The notes below the pieces were generated by a model. That model made no database searches, had not been told where the DNA came from, and worked only from the letters and a program-made list of their open reading frames with translations. Positions 39,463-52,805 of a stretch of DNA of 64,000 bases are shown here, piece after piece. The position numbers were made by a program, and so were the translations under genes. Position 1 is the first letter of the stretch; every line of letters starts with the position of its first letter. The stretch lies in assembly GCF_054482525.1 (NCBI RefSeq), contig NZ_CM137006.1; one strand, given 5' to 3'.

Positions 39463-39888
39463 TTACAGAAGACCTTTCAAACGTAACGTTTTTCGGGTGG
39501 CGACATTCAAATCATAATGCACCAGATCTTCAGGTTTTACCCACGCGTAGTCCTGAAACTCTTCGTTTATTTTCACTTCTCGGTTGGCAGAAACGCAGTC
39601 AAAAATCAGGTAAATCATATAAATCTCTTCCTTGCGACCATCTGCATACGTCTTGGTGCGAATATCATCGCTGAAGGTCCACGGCGTGATTTCTGTCAAA
39701 AGCAGCTGTTCTCCCAGTTCTTCGCGAATTTCGCGGCGTAGTGCCTCTTCAATTCGTTCGCCAGGCTCCACGCCGCCACCCGAAAGCGCCCATTGACCGG
39801 GGAAAACGCCGCGATCGTCGGCCATTTTACACAGCAAATAAGCACCATCATTTTGAATCAAAGGGCATACAATAGTCCGTTGTCGCAC
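39463..39888 (-). CDS. nudI: Nudix hydrolase NudI (nucleoside triphosphatase)
   Basis: GTG at 39886..39888 gives (M)[59 protein letters not shown] (Nudix box), 141 aa. Confidence 0.88.
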   Translation of the reverse strand: MRQRTIVCPLIQNDGAYLLCKMADDRGVFPGQWALSGGGVEPGERIEEALRREIREELGEQLLLTEITPWTFSDDIRTKTYADGRKEEIYMIYLIFDCVSANREVKINEEFQDYAWVKPEDLVHYDLNVATRKTLRLKGLL

Positions 39889-40166
39889 GGGGATATTCCT
39901 TATAAATAAAAAGAAACCATGAGAATACGGTAACTCAGAAATATGTGAAAGTGACAGTAATCTCTTTTGCGATGATAACTGCACTTATTATTATTTTTGT
40001 GTGTATCGATAAAGTGTGTTTATTTTTTCGGCGTTTAATTATTTAAGAAGTATTTAGTTACAATAAGTGACTAGATCCCTTTTTTCGCTCATTGAATCCT
40101 CTGTGCCAGGCAGTACAATCCCGCAGCTTTGGGAATTTTGATTTATTGCTTGTGGGAGAGGGGAAA

Positions 40167-40709
40167 ATGAAAAAAATTGCGCTAGCAGGTCTGGCCGGAA
40201 TGCTGTTGGTTTCTGCATCGGTCAATGCAATGAGCATCAGCGGCCAGGCGGGTAAAGAATACACCAATATTGGTGTCGGTTTTGGGACTGAATCAACGGG
40301 CCTGGCGTTAAGCGGTAACTGGACACATAACGACGACGACGGTGACGTCGCGGGCGTGGGGCTGGGGTTGAATCTACCTCTCGGGCCGTTAATGGCGACC
40401 GTTGGCGGAAAAGGCGTTTACACCAACCCGAATTACGGCGATGAAGGTTATGCCGCAGCGGTAGGAGGTGGTTTGCAGTGGAAAATTGGCAACAGCTTCC
40501 GTTTGTTTGGCGAGTATTACTACTCTCCGGATTCACTCTCCAGCGGTATTCAAAGTTATGAGGAAGCGAATGCTGGCGCGCGTTACACCATTATGCGTCC
40601 AGTCAGTATTGAGGCGGGTTATCGCTACCTGAATCTGTCGGGTAAAGACGGTAACCGCGACAACGCAGTGGCTGACGGCCCGTATGTTGGGGTTAACGCC
40701 AGTTTCTGA
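40167..40709 (+). CDS. yfaZ: Outer-membrane protein YfaZ
   Basis: ATG at 40167 gives MKKIALAGLAGMLLVSASVNA signal peptide, 180 aa, C-terminal Phe. Confidence 0.88.
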   Translation: MKKIALAGLAGMLLVSASVNAMSISGQAGKEYTNIGVGFGTESTGLALSGNWTHNDDDGDVAGVGLGLNLPLGPLMATVGGKGVYTNPNYGDEGYAAAVGGGLQWKIGNSFRLFGEYYYSPDSLSSGIQSYEEANAGARYTIMRPVSIEAGYRYLNLSGKDGNRDNAVADGPYVGVNASF

Positions 40710-40808
40710 TCCCTTCCGGCGCGGCATTCTGTCGCGCCATTCAGTTTCTTACTACGCCTTATCTCCCTTTGCGTTATAGTGATTCGATAACAAAAGCAGG
40801 AGATAACC

Positions 40809-42017
40809 ATGTTAAAAGTGGAAATGTTATCCACCGGGGATGAAGTGTTACACGGGCAAATCGTTGACACTAACGCTGCCTGGCTGGCCGATTTTTTCTT
40901 TCATCAGGGGTTGCCTTTAACTCGCCGCAATACGGTGGGGGATAACCTTGATGACTTAGTCACCATTCTTCGCGAACGTAGTCAGCACGCCGATGTGCTG
41001 ATCGTTAACGGCGGGCTGGGGCCGACCAGTGATGATTTAAGCGCACTCGCCGCTGCGACAGCAAAAGGTGAAGGCCTGGTGTTGCATGAAGCCTGGCTCA
41101 AAGAGATGGAACGCTATTTCCACGAACGTGGACGAGTAATGGCACCGAGCAACCGTAAACAAGCGGAGCTACCTGCCAGTGCTGAATTTATCAATAACCC
41201 GGTAGGCACCGCCTGTGGTTTTGCCGTGCAGCTTAATCGTTGCCTGATGTTCTTTACCCCCGGCGTACCGTCAGAATTTAAGGTGATGGTCGAGCACGAA
41301 ATCCTGCCGCGTCTGCGCGAGCGTTTTTCTTTACCACAGCCGCCGGTTTGTCTGCGTTTAACTACCTTTGGTCGTTCGGAAAGCGATCTGGCACAAAGCC
41401 TGGACACTCTACAACTGCCGCCGGGCGTAACAATGGGCTATCGCTCCTCAATGCCTATCATCGAACTGAAACTCACCGGACCGGCAAGCGAGCAACAGGC
41501 GATGGAAAAACTGTGGCTGGACGTTAAACGTGTTGCCGGACAGAGCGTGATTTTCGAAGGCACCGAAGGACTGCCCGCGCAGATCAGTCGCGAATTGCAA
41601 AACCGCCAGTTCAGCCTGACGTTGAGCGAGCAATTCACCAGCGGTTTATTGGCTTTGCAACTTTCTCGCGCAGGTGCTCCATTGCTGGCGTGTGAAGTGG
41701 TTCCTTCACAGGAAGAAACCCTGGCGCAAACTGCGCACTGGATTACAGAACGGCGGGCCAACCATTTTGCCGGGCTGGCACTGGCTGTTTCGGGTTTCGA
41801 GAACGAGCATCTCAACTTTGCGCTAGCCACGCCAGATGGCACTTTCGCTCTGCGTGTACGTTTCAGCACTACACGCTACAGCCTGGCTATCCGTCAGGAA
41901 GTGTGCGCAATGATGGCACTGAATATGCTGCGCCGTTGGTTAAACGGCCAGGACATTGCCAGTGAGCATGGCTGGATTGAGGTTGTTGAGTCCATGACCT
42001 TATCCAGTGCGCCGTAA
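40809..42017 (+). CDS. yfaY: CinA-like (molybdopterin-binding / competence-damage-inducible family) protein YfaY
   Basis: 402 aa; N-terminal MoCF-biosynthesis-like domain (MLKVEMLSTGDEVLHGQIVDTNAAWL); the last few codons may derive from the adjacent IS left end. Confidence 0.85.
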   Translation: MLKVEMLSTGDEVLHGQIVDTNAAWLADFFFHQGLPLTRRNTVGDNLDDLVTILRERSQHADVLIVNGGLGPTSDDLSALAAATAKGEGLVLHEAWLKEMERYFHERGRVMAPSNRKQAELPASAEFINNPVGTACGFAVQLNRCLMFFTPGVPSEFKVMVEHEILPRLRERFSLPQPPVCLRLTTFGRSESDLAQSLDTLQLPPGVTMGYRSSMPIIELKLTGPASEQQAMEKLWLDVKRVAGQSVIFEGTEGLPAQISRELQNRQFSLTLSEQFTSGLLALQLSRAGAPLLACEVVPSQEETLAQTAHWITERRANHFAGLALAVSGFENEHLNFALATPDGTFALRVRFSTTRYSLAIRQEVCAMMALNMLRRWLNGQDIASEHGWIEVVESMTLSSAP

Positions 42018-42492
42018 AACCCCGTCCTTCAGGGCGGGGATATAAGGCGCGGTTTTCCACCTGACCAGGTGTTTGCTGTTGTTCAATGTATTGGCGGATG
42101 ACGGATATTGGCGCACCTCCGCAGCTACTGGCAAAATAGCCAGGACTCCACAAAACGCCTTTGTAGTAATACCTGACAGCAATATCTGGTCGATCTCGTC
42201 GCAGAAACCTATTCGATATGCCTTTGAGGCTGTTTACCAGACTGAATATCGCCAGTTTTGGAGGATAGTTAATTAACAAATGGACGTGATCTGGTTCGCC
42301 ATCCATTTCAATCAGTTCAGCTTCAAAATCAGCACATACATTTGAAAAGTAAGTGCGTAGTTTTTCTGTCGCGTCATGGTCAAAAATCTGGCGTCGGTAT
42401 TTGGTGACAAAGACCCGGTGAACATGCATCAGGAAAACACAATGCCTTCCACGCCGGATATCGGTTTCTTTTTTCACAGACCAAAGTATCAT
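41887..42492 (-). CDS. tnpA: IS605-family transposase TnpA (Y1 HUH), apparently C-terminally extended
   Basis: HCVFLMHVHRVFVTKYRRQIF ... PDHVHLLINYPPK (HuH) ... LWSPGYFASSCGG (Tyr region); the core is about 150 aa but the ORF runs to 201 aa through the left-end hairpin and antisense into the yfaY 3' end. Confidence 0.8.
   Translation of the reverse strand: MILWSVKKETDIRRGRHCVFLMHVHRVFVTKYRRQIFDHDATEKLRTYFSNVCADFEAELIEMDGEPDHVHLLINYPPKLAIFSLVNSLKGISNRFLRRDRPDIAVRYYYKGVLWSPGYFASSCGGAPISVIRQYIEQQQTPGQVENRALYPRPEGRGFTAHWIRSWTQQPQSSHAHWQCPGRLTNGAAYSVPSLRTLPDG
42020..42039 (+). repeat. Left-end subterminal hairpin of the IS605-family element
   Basis: CCCCGTCC-TTCA-GGGCGGGG (8-bp stem including one G-T wobble, 4-nt loop); 17 of 20 identical to the right-end hairpin. 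Confidence 0.65.
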
Positions 42493-42499
42493 TTGGCCT

Positions 42500-43708
42500 G
42501 TGAAACGACTACAGGCATTTAAATTCCAGTTAAGACCCGGTGGTCAACAGGAGCGTGAAATGAGGCGCTTCGCAGGCGCATGTCGTTTCGTTTTCAATCG
42601 TGCTCTGGCACGTCAGAATGAGAATCATGAGGCCGGTAATAAATACATCCCTTACGGGAAAATGGCTTCCTGGCTGGTTGAGTGGAAAAACGCCACTGAA
42701 ACGCAATGGCTTAAAGATGCCCCCTCACAGCCATTGCAACAGTCACTGAAAGACCTTGAGCGGGCTTACAAAAACTTCTTCCAGAATCGGGCTGCTTTTC
42801 CCCGATTCAAAAAGCGGGGACAGAATGATGCATTCCGCTACCCGCAGGGCGTTAAGCTCGATCAGGAAAACAGCCGTATTTTTCTGCCGAAACTTGGCTG
42901 GATGCGCTACCGGAACAGCCGTCAGGTCACGGGTGTTGTAAAAAATGTCACTGTCAGCCAGTCCTGCGGTAAGTGGTACATCAGTATTCAGACAGAAAGT
43001 GAAGTATCAACTCCGGATCACCCTTCAGCATCAATGGTCGGGCTGGATGCTGGCGTGGCTAAACTCGCCACGCTGTCAGATGGCACAGTCTTTGAGCCTG
43101 TAAACAGTTTTCAGAAAAACCAGAAGACGCTGGCGAGACTTCAGCGACAGTTAAGCCGCAAGGTCAAATTCAGCAACAACTGGCAGAAGCAGAAACGCAA
43201 AATACAGCGACTGCATTCCTGTATCGCAAATATCCGCAGGGACTACCTTCACAAAGTCACAACGACCGTCAGCAAAAACCACGCAATGATAGTCATTGAG
43301 GATTTGAAGGTCAGCAACATGTCAAAGTCAGCAGCGGGTACGGTCAGCCAGCCGGGGCGCAATGTCCGGGCAAAATCAGGTTTAAACCGTTCGATACTGG
43401 ATCAGGGCTGGTATGAAATGCGCCGCCAGCTTGAGTACAAGCAGCTCTGGCGTGGCGGTCAGGTGCTTGCTGTTCCGCCAGCGTACACAAGCCAGCGTTG
43501 CACGTGCTGTGGTCATACAGCGAAAGAAAATCGCCTGTCACAAAGTCAATTCAGATGCCAGGTATGTGGATATACAGCGAACGCCGATGTAAATGGCGCT
43601 CGTAACATTTTAGCGGCGGGGCACGCCGTTCTTGCCTGTGGAGGGATGGTGCAGTCAGGCCGCTCGTTGAAGCAGGAACCCACCGAAATGATTCAGGCGA
43701 CAGCCTGA
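42500..43708 (+). CDS. tnpB: TnpB (OrfB), RuvC-like RNA-guided nuclease of IS605 family
   Basis: 402 aa, GTG start; RuvC-I ([16 protein letters not shown]), RuvC-II ([10 protein letters not shown]), zinc finger (CTCCGH ... CQVCG), RuvC-III ([10 protein letters not shown]). Confidence 0.9.
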   Translation: MKRLQAFKFQLRPGGQQEREMRRFAGACRFVFNRALARQNENHEAGNKYIPYGKMASWLVEWKNATETQWLKDAPSQPLQQSLKDLERAYKNFFQNRAAFPRFKKRGQNDAFRYPQGVKLDQENSRIFLPKLGWMRYRNSRQVTGVVKNVTVSQSCGKWYISIQTESEVSTPDHPSASMVGLDAGVAKLATLSDGTVFEPVNSFQKNQKTLARLQRQLSRKVKFSNNWQKQKRKIQRLHSCIANIRRDYLHKVTTTVSKNHAMIVIEDLKVSNMSKSAAGTVSQPGRNVRAKSGLNRSILDQGWYEMRRQLEYKQLWRGGQVLAVPPAYTSQRCTCCGHTAKENRLSQSQFRCQVCGYTANADVNGARNILAAGHAVLACGGMVQSGRSLKQEPTEMIQATA

Positions 43709-43721
43709 ACGTAGCAGGGAT

Positions 43722-43741
43722 CCACGTTCTTCAGGGCGTGG
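43722..43741 (+). repeat. Right-end subterminal hairpin of the IS605-family element
   Basis: CCACGTTC-TTCA-GGGCGTGG, same architecture and loop as the left-end hairpin, 14 nt after the tnpB stop. Confidence 0.65.
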
Positions 43742-44907
43742 AGGATGTCAAGTTGGCGCTGTATGTGCTGGCGTTTCTCGACCGTTCGAATATCGGTTTT
43801 GCCAAACAGACCTACCAGATTGATACCGGGCTGAGTAATGAAGCTTATGCGCTGGGAGCAGGCATTTTCTTTGTGGTATATGCGTTTCTGGGTGTTCCGG
43901 CGAATCTTTTGATGCGCAAACTGGGGGCAAGAACCTGGATTGGTACGACAACACTGCTGTGGGGATTTCTTTCGGCAGCCATGGCATGGGCCGATACTGA
44001 AGCGAAATTTCTGATCGTTCGCACTCTGCTTGGTGCTGCGGAGGCCGGGTTCTTCCCTGGTATGATTTATCTCACCTCGCAATGGTTTCCGCAGCGTAAT
44101 CGCGCCAGCATTATGGGGCTGTTCTATATGGGTGCACCGCTGGCGTTAACACTGGGATCACCGCTTTCCGGCGCGCTGCTGGAGATGCATGGATTTATGG
44201 GGCATCCCGGCTGGTTCTGGATGTTTGTGATTGAAGGATTGCTGGCAGTCGGCGCTGGGGTATTCACATTCTTTTGGCTTGATGACACACCGGAGCAGGC
44301 ACGTTTTCTGAGTAAACAAGAAAAAACGTTGCTTATCAATCAACTGGCAAGTGAAGAACAACAGAAAGTGACTTCTCGATTGAGCGATGCGCTGCGTAAT
44401 GGCCGAGTCTGGCAACTGGCGATTATCTACCTGACCATTCAGGTGGCGGTTTACGGATTAATTTTCTTCCTGCCGACCCAGGTTGCTGCATTGCTGGGGA
44501 CAAAAGTGGGCTTTACGGCGTCGGTGGTCACCGCCATTCCGTGGGTTGCGGTCTTGTTTGGGACCTGGCTTATTCCGCGCTATTCCGATAAAACCGGCGA
44601 ACGGCGTAATGTCGCAGCGCTGTGTGTTGCAGCCATCGGGTTTATTGCCGTGCAGCCGGTGTTCTGGACGATGCCGACACAACTTCTTTCCGGTACGGCG
44701 CTGGCTGCGGGGATTGGTTTTATAAACCTGTTTGGTGCAGTGGGCGGGTTTATTGCCCCGATCCTGCGCGTGAAAGCAGAAACGTTATTTTCCAGCGATG
44801 CGGCGGGATTACTGACGCTGGCAGCGGTGGCGGTCATCGGTTCACTGATTATTTTCACTCTGCGTGTAAATCACACTGTTGCGCAGACCGACGTGGCACA
44901 TCATTAA
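43738..44907 (+). pseudogene. rhmT: MFS transporter RhmT (YfaV), 5'-truncated at the IS right end
   Basis: Homology to the L-rhamnonate transporter begins at LALYVLAFLDRSNIGFAKQ; the native N-terminus (about 20-40 residues) is missing and the ORF opens with a GTG inside the IS right-end hairpin; expression and function uncertain. Confidence 0.6.
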
Positions 44908-44923
44908 TAGGTTAAGGAACACC

Positions 44924-45727
44924 ATGAACGCATTATTAACCAATCCCTTTAAAGAACGTTTACGCAAGGGCGAAGTGCAAATTGGTCTGTGGTTAAGCTC
45001 AACGACTGCCTATATGGCAGAAATTGCCGCTACTTCCGGTTATGATTGGTTGCTGATTGACGGGGAGCATGCGCCAAACACCATTCAGGATCTTTATCAC
45101 CAGCTACAGGCGGTAGCGCCCTATGCCAGCCAACCCGTGATCCGTCCGGTGGAAGGCAGTAAGCCGCTGATTAAACAAGTCCTGGATATTGGCGCACAAA
45201 CTCTACTGATCCCGATGGTCGATACTGCCGATCAGGCACGTCAGGTGGTGTCTGCCACGCGCTATCCTCCCTACGGTGAGCGTGGTGTTGGGGCCAGTGT
45301 GGCACGGGCTGCGCGCTGGGGACGCATTGAGAATTACATGGCGCAAGTCAACGATTCGCTTTGTCTGTTGGTGCAGGTGGAAAGTAAAACGGCACTGGAT
45401 AACCTGGACGAAATCCTCGACGTCGAAGGGATTGATGGCGTGTTTATTGGACCTGCGGATCTTTCTGCGTCGTTGGGCTACCCGGATAACGCCGGGCACC
45501 CGGAAGTGCAGCGAATTATTGAAACCAGTATTCGGCGGATCCGTGCTGCGGGTAAAGCGGCTGGTTTTCTGGCTGTGGCTCCTGATATGGCGCAGCAATG
45601 CCTGGCGTGGGGAGCGAACTTTGTCGCTGTTGGCGTTGACACGATGCTCTACAGCGATGCCCTGGATCAACGACTGGCGATGTTTAAATCAGGCAAAAAT
45701 GGGCCACGCATAAAAGGTAGTTATTGA
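44924..45727 (+). CDS. rhmA: 2-keto-3-deoxy-L-rhamnonate aldolase RhmA (YfaU)
   Basis: ATG at 44924 gives [26 protein letters not shown] (267 aa), HpcH/HpaI aldolase family. Confidence 0.88.
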   Translation: MNALLTNPFKERLRKGEVQIGLWLSSTTAYMAEIAATSGYDWLLIDGEHAPNTIQDLYHQLQAVAPYASQPVIRPVEGSKPLIKQVLDIGAQTLLIPMVDTADQARQVVSATRYPPYGERGVGASVARAARWGRIENYMAQVNDSLCLLVQVESKTALDNLDEILDVEGIDGVFIGPADLSASLGYPDNAGHPEVQRIIETSIRRIRAAGKAAGFLAVAPDMAQQCLAWGANFVAVGVDTMLYSDALDQRLAMFKSGKNGPRIKGSY

Positions 45728-45767
45728 TATCAAAGGCCCATGGGGATCGGCTGTGGGCCTGTGTTAA

Positions 45768-45941
45768 TTAGTGGTTATTCGCTGCCAGATCGGCTTCGCT
45801 TAGCTGGGTGGCCGCGAGCACCAGGTCACGATCAATGCCCTGTTCCAGCATGCGCAAAGCAATTTTAATGGCTTGTTCATGCATGCCTTCCTGCCAGCCA
45901 ATTTGGTGTCCTTCCTGCCGTAGCCGTTCAGCAATAGTCAT
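45768..45941 (-). CDS. ypaA: YpaA, a small protein duplicating the C-terminal module of Rpn (YhgA-like) proteins
   Basis: 57-aa [60 protein letters not shown]; its DNA is a near-copy of the 3' end of the neighbouring rpnB-like gene; below the ORF-track size cut-off. Confidence 0.6.
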   Translation of the reverse strand: MTIAERLRQEGHQIGWQEGMHEQAIKIALRMLEQGIDRDLVLAATQLSEADLAANNH

Positions 45942-45953
45942 TAATCTCTCCTT

Positions 45954-46913
45954 TTAATAACAGTTCGGAATATCAGCATCAGTGAGTTGGGTTGTCGCCA
46001 GCACAATCTCACGTTCAAAGCCCTGTTCCAGCATGCGCAAGGCAATTTTAATGGCTTGTTCATGCATACCTTCTACTTTGCCTTTCTGCAAACCCTCCAA
46101 CTTCCCCTCCTGCCAACCTTCAATCTTACCCTCCTGCCAGCCAATTTGATGTCCTTCCTGCCGCAGCCGTTCAGCAATAGTCATTAATCTCTCCTTTTGT
46201 AGTGGTGAACGTTCGGCAATCTCCTCAATAAAACGGGTGAAACGGGAGGTATCGCCGCATTGCAGCAGATAATTAAACAGCGTTTGTAGCTGGCTGTCAT
46301 TAGTGAAGCCTCTAACCAAAAGCGTGGTGATCCTGTCGACCATACCGATTAAATCGCGGTCGCGAATATGCTTTTGAATCAGTTCCAGCAGAGCTATACG
46401 CCGATGTTGCATGATCTCATCGTCAGGTACGATGGTGATATCCACCAACGGAAAAGCTTCGGTGTACAACTGCCGGGCAAGTTGCGGATCGTCAAACTCA
46501 TCCAGCCAGTTGAGTGAGTACGGGTAAGGCGAGGTTTCGCCATGATAAAACAGCAACGGCACCACCAGCGGGACTCTGTCATAGCCTTTGTCCAGGTGAC
46601 GCTGCATGGCGGCAGTGGCATAGCGCATTAGCCGAAAAGCCATATTCTTTTCTGCAGAGCTTTGATGTTCAATCACGCAGTAGATATAACCGTCACCGTC
46701 GCTGGTTTCCACGGACCACAAAACATCCGAGTAGTAAGCGCGTAAACTTTTTTCAATAAAACTGGTGGGTTCCAGGCGTAAGGTTTGCAGGTTGCAAAGC
46801 TTGCGCAGCGGCTCTGGTAGATGTATTTCCAGAAAATCCCGTGCGGTTTCGGGTGTGAACATAAAGGTTTTAAACACCGCATCATGCGGGGAGGAGGTTG
46901 TTGATTCGGTCAT
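45954..46913 (-). CDS. rpnB: Rpn-family recombination-promoting nuclease (YhgA-like), RpnB/YfaD-like
   Basis: 319 aa; N-terminal PD-(D/E)XK-like region ([26 protein letters not shown]) and C-terminal GWQEGK repeats plus the conserved tail [24 protein letters not shown]; K-12 position of yfaD. Confidence 0.8.
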   Translation of the reverse strand: MTESTTSSPHDAVFKTFMFTPETARDFLEIHLPEPLRKLCNLQTLRLEPTSFIEKSLRAYYSDVLWSVETSDGDGYIYCVIEHQSSAEKNMAFRLMRYATAAMQRHLDKGYDRVPLVVPLLFYHGETSPYPYSLNWLDEFDDPQLARQLYTEAFPLVDITIVPDDEIMQHRRIALLELIQKHIRDRDLIGMVDRITTLLVRGFTNDSQLQTLFNYLLQCGDTSRFTRFIEEIAERSPLQKERLMTIAERLRQEGHQIGWQEGKIEGWQEGKLEGLQKGKVEGMHEQAIKIALRMLEQGFEREIVLATTQLTDADIPNCY

Positions 46914-47105
46914 GGTTGTCCGTCACCTGATATTTATGATGACGCGACATTACGGTTATCCCAGGCCTTTGACATCTGCCAGTTTCAGCCTTTGTGAGAC
47001 GTTTTCAGAGGAATTTTCACTGCGTTGCAACGCATACATTGGGCATGGAATCGTGTACGCAAAAATGCCCGGTAACCACATGCTTACCGGGCATCAGAAG
47101 GGAGT

Positions 47106-51170
<4,065 letters not shown>

Positions 51171-51442
51171 TGTTATCCCTCTGAAGTTCGTTTTTTACCA
51201 TTTAGCCATAGTAAAAACATGAATTGTTTGATTTCGCGCATATTCGCTCATAATTCGAAAGTGAAACGTGATTTCATGCGTCATTATGAACATTTAACCC
51301 ATCGTATTTAATAATGTGTGCGGTAATTCACATTTAATTTATGAATGTTTTCTTAACATCGCGGCAACTCAAGAAACGGCATGTTCTCCCACTGAATCAG
51401 GCTGTTAATCATAAATAAGACCACGGGCCACGGAGGCTATCA
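51171..51442. promoter_or_regulatory. Divergent glpACB / glpTQ control region with a putative CRP site
   Basis: TGTGC-GGTAAT-TCACA at 51317..51332 fits the CRP consensus TGTGA-N6-TCACA; the region is established as GlpR/CRP controlled, GlpR operators not individually resolved. Confidence 0.6.
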
Positions 51443-52801
51443 ATGTTGAGTATTTTTAAACCAGCGCCACACAAAGCGCGCTTACCTGCCGCGGAGATCG
51501 ATCCGACTTATCGTCGATTGCGCTGGCAAATTTTCCTGGGGATATTCTTTGGTTATGCTGCTTACTATTTGGTTCGTAAGAACTTTGCCCTCGCTATGCC
51601 TTATCTGGTCGAGCAGGGATTCTCACGCGGTGATTTAGGTTTTGCCCTTTCGGGGATCTCGATTGCTTATGGATTTTCGAAATTCATCATGGGCTCGGTG
51701 TCGGATCGCTCGAATCCGCGCGTATTCCTGCCCGCAGGTTTGATTCTGGCGGCGGCGGTGATGCTTTTTATGGGCTTTGTGCCGTGGGCGACGTCGAGCA
51801 TTGCGGTGATGTTTGTGCTGCTGTTCCTCTGCGGTTGGTTCCAGGGGATGGGATGGCCGCCGTGCGGTCGTACTATGGTGCACTGGTGGTCGCAGAAAGA
51901 ACGTGGCGGCATTGTGTCAGTGTGGAACTGTGCGCATAACGTCGGTGGTGGTATTCCGCCGCTGCTGTTCCTGCTGGGGATGGCCTGGTTCAATGACTGG
52001 CACGCGGCGCTCTATATGCCCGCTTTCTGCGCCATTCTGGTGGCACTGTTCGCCTTTGCGATGATGCGCGATACCCCGCAATCCTGTGGCCTGCCGCCGA
52101 TCGAAGAGTACAAAAATGATTATCCGGACGACTATAACGAAAAAGCGGAACAGGAGCTGACGGCGAAGCAAATCTTCATGCAGTACGTGCTGCCGAACAA
52201 ACTGCTGTGGTACATCGCTATCGCCAACGTGTTCGTTTATCTGCTGCGTTACGGCATCCTCGACTGGTCACCGACTTATCTGAAAGAGGTGAAACACTTC
52301 GCGCTGGATAAATCCTCCTGGGCCTACTTCTTCTATGAGTATGCGGGCATTCCGGGCACCCTGCTGTGCGGCTGGATGTCGGATAAAGTCTTCCGTGGCA
52401 ACCGTGGGGCCACCGGCGTCTTCTTTATGACACTGGTGACCATCGCGACTATCGTTTACTGGATGAACCCGGCAGGTAACCCAACCGTAGATATGATTTG
52501 TATGATTGTTATCGGCTTCCTGATCTACGGCCCTGTGATGCTGATCGGTCTGCATGCGCTGGAACTGGCACCGAAAAAAGCGGCAGGTACGGCAGCGGGC
52601 TTTACCGGGCTGTTTGGTTACCTGGGCGGTTCGGTGGCGGCGAGCGCGATTGTTGGCTACACAGTGGACTTCTTCGGCTGGGATGGCGGCTTTATGGTAA
52701 TGATTGGCGGCAGCATTCTGGCGGTTATCTTGTTGATTGTTGTGATGATTGGCGAAAAACGTCGCCATCAGGAATTACTGCAAAAACGCAACGGAGGCTA
52801 A
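51443..52801 (+). CDS. glpT: Glycerol-3-phosphate:phosphate antiporter GlpT (MFS)
   Basis: 452 aa, [31 protein letters not shown]. Confidence 0.95.
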   Translation: MLSIFKPAPHKARLPAAEIDPTYRRLRWQIFLGIFFGYAAYYLVRKNFALAMPYLVEQGFSRGDLGFALSGISIAYGFSKFIMGSVSDRSNPRVFLPAGLILAAAVMLFMGFVPWATSSIAVMFVLLFLCGWFQGMGWPPCGRTMVHWWSQKERGGIVSVWNCAHNVGGGIPPLLFLLGMAWFNDWHAALYMPAFCAILVALFAFAMMRDTPQSCGLPPIEEYKNDYPDDYNEKAEQELTAKQIFMQYVLPNKLLWYIAIANVFVYLLRYGILDWSPTYLKEVKHFALDKSSWAYFFYEYAGIPGTLLCGWMSDKVFRGNRGATGVFFMTLVTIATIVYWMNPAGNPTVDMICMIVIGFLIYGPVMLIGLHALELAPKKAAGTAAGFTGLFGYLGGSVAASAIVGYTVDFFGWDGGFMVMIGGSILAVILLIVVMIGEKRRHQELLQKRNGG

Positions 52802-52805
52802 TGGC

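Larger units (their letters stand above)
42000..43750 (+). mobile_element. IS605-family insertion sequence (IS200/IS605 superfamily) carrying divergent tnpA and tnpB; boundaries approximate
   Basis: Y1 transposase plus RuvC/zinc-finger TnpB, flanked by two near-identical hairpins (42020..42039 and 43722..43741) as expected for the subterminal left-end and right-end structures of this family. Confidence 0.75.
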
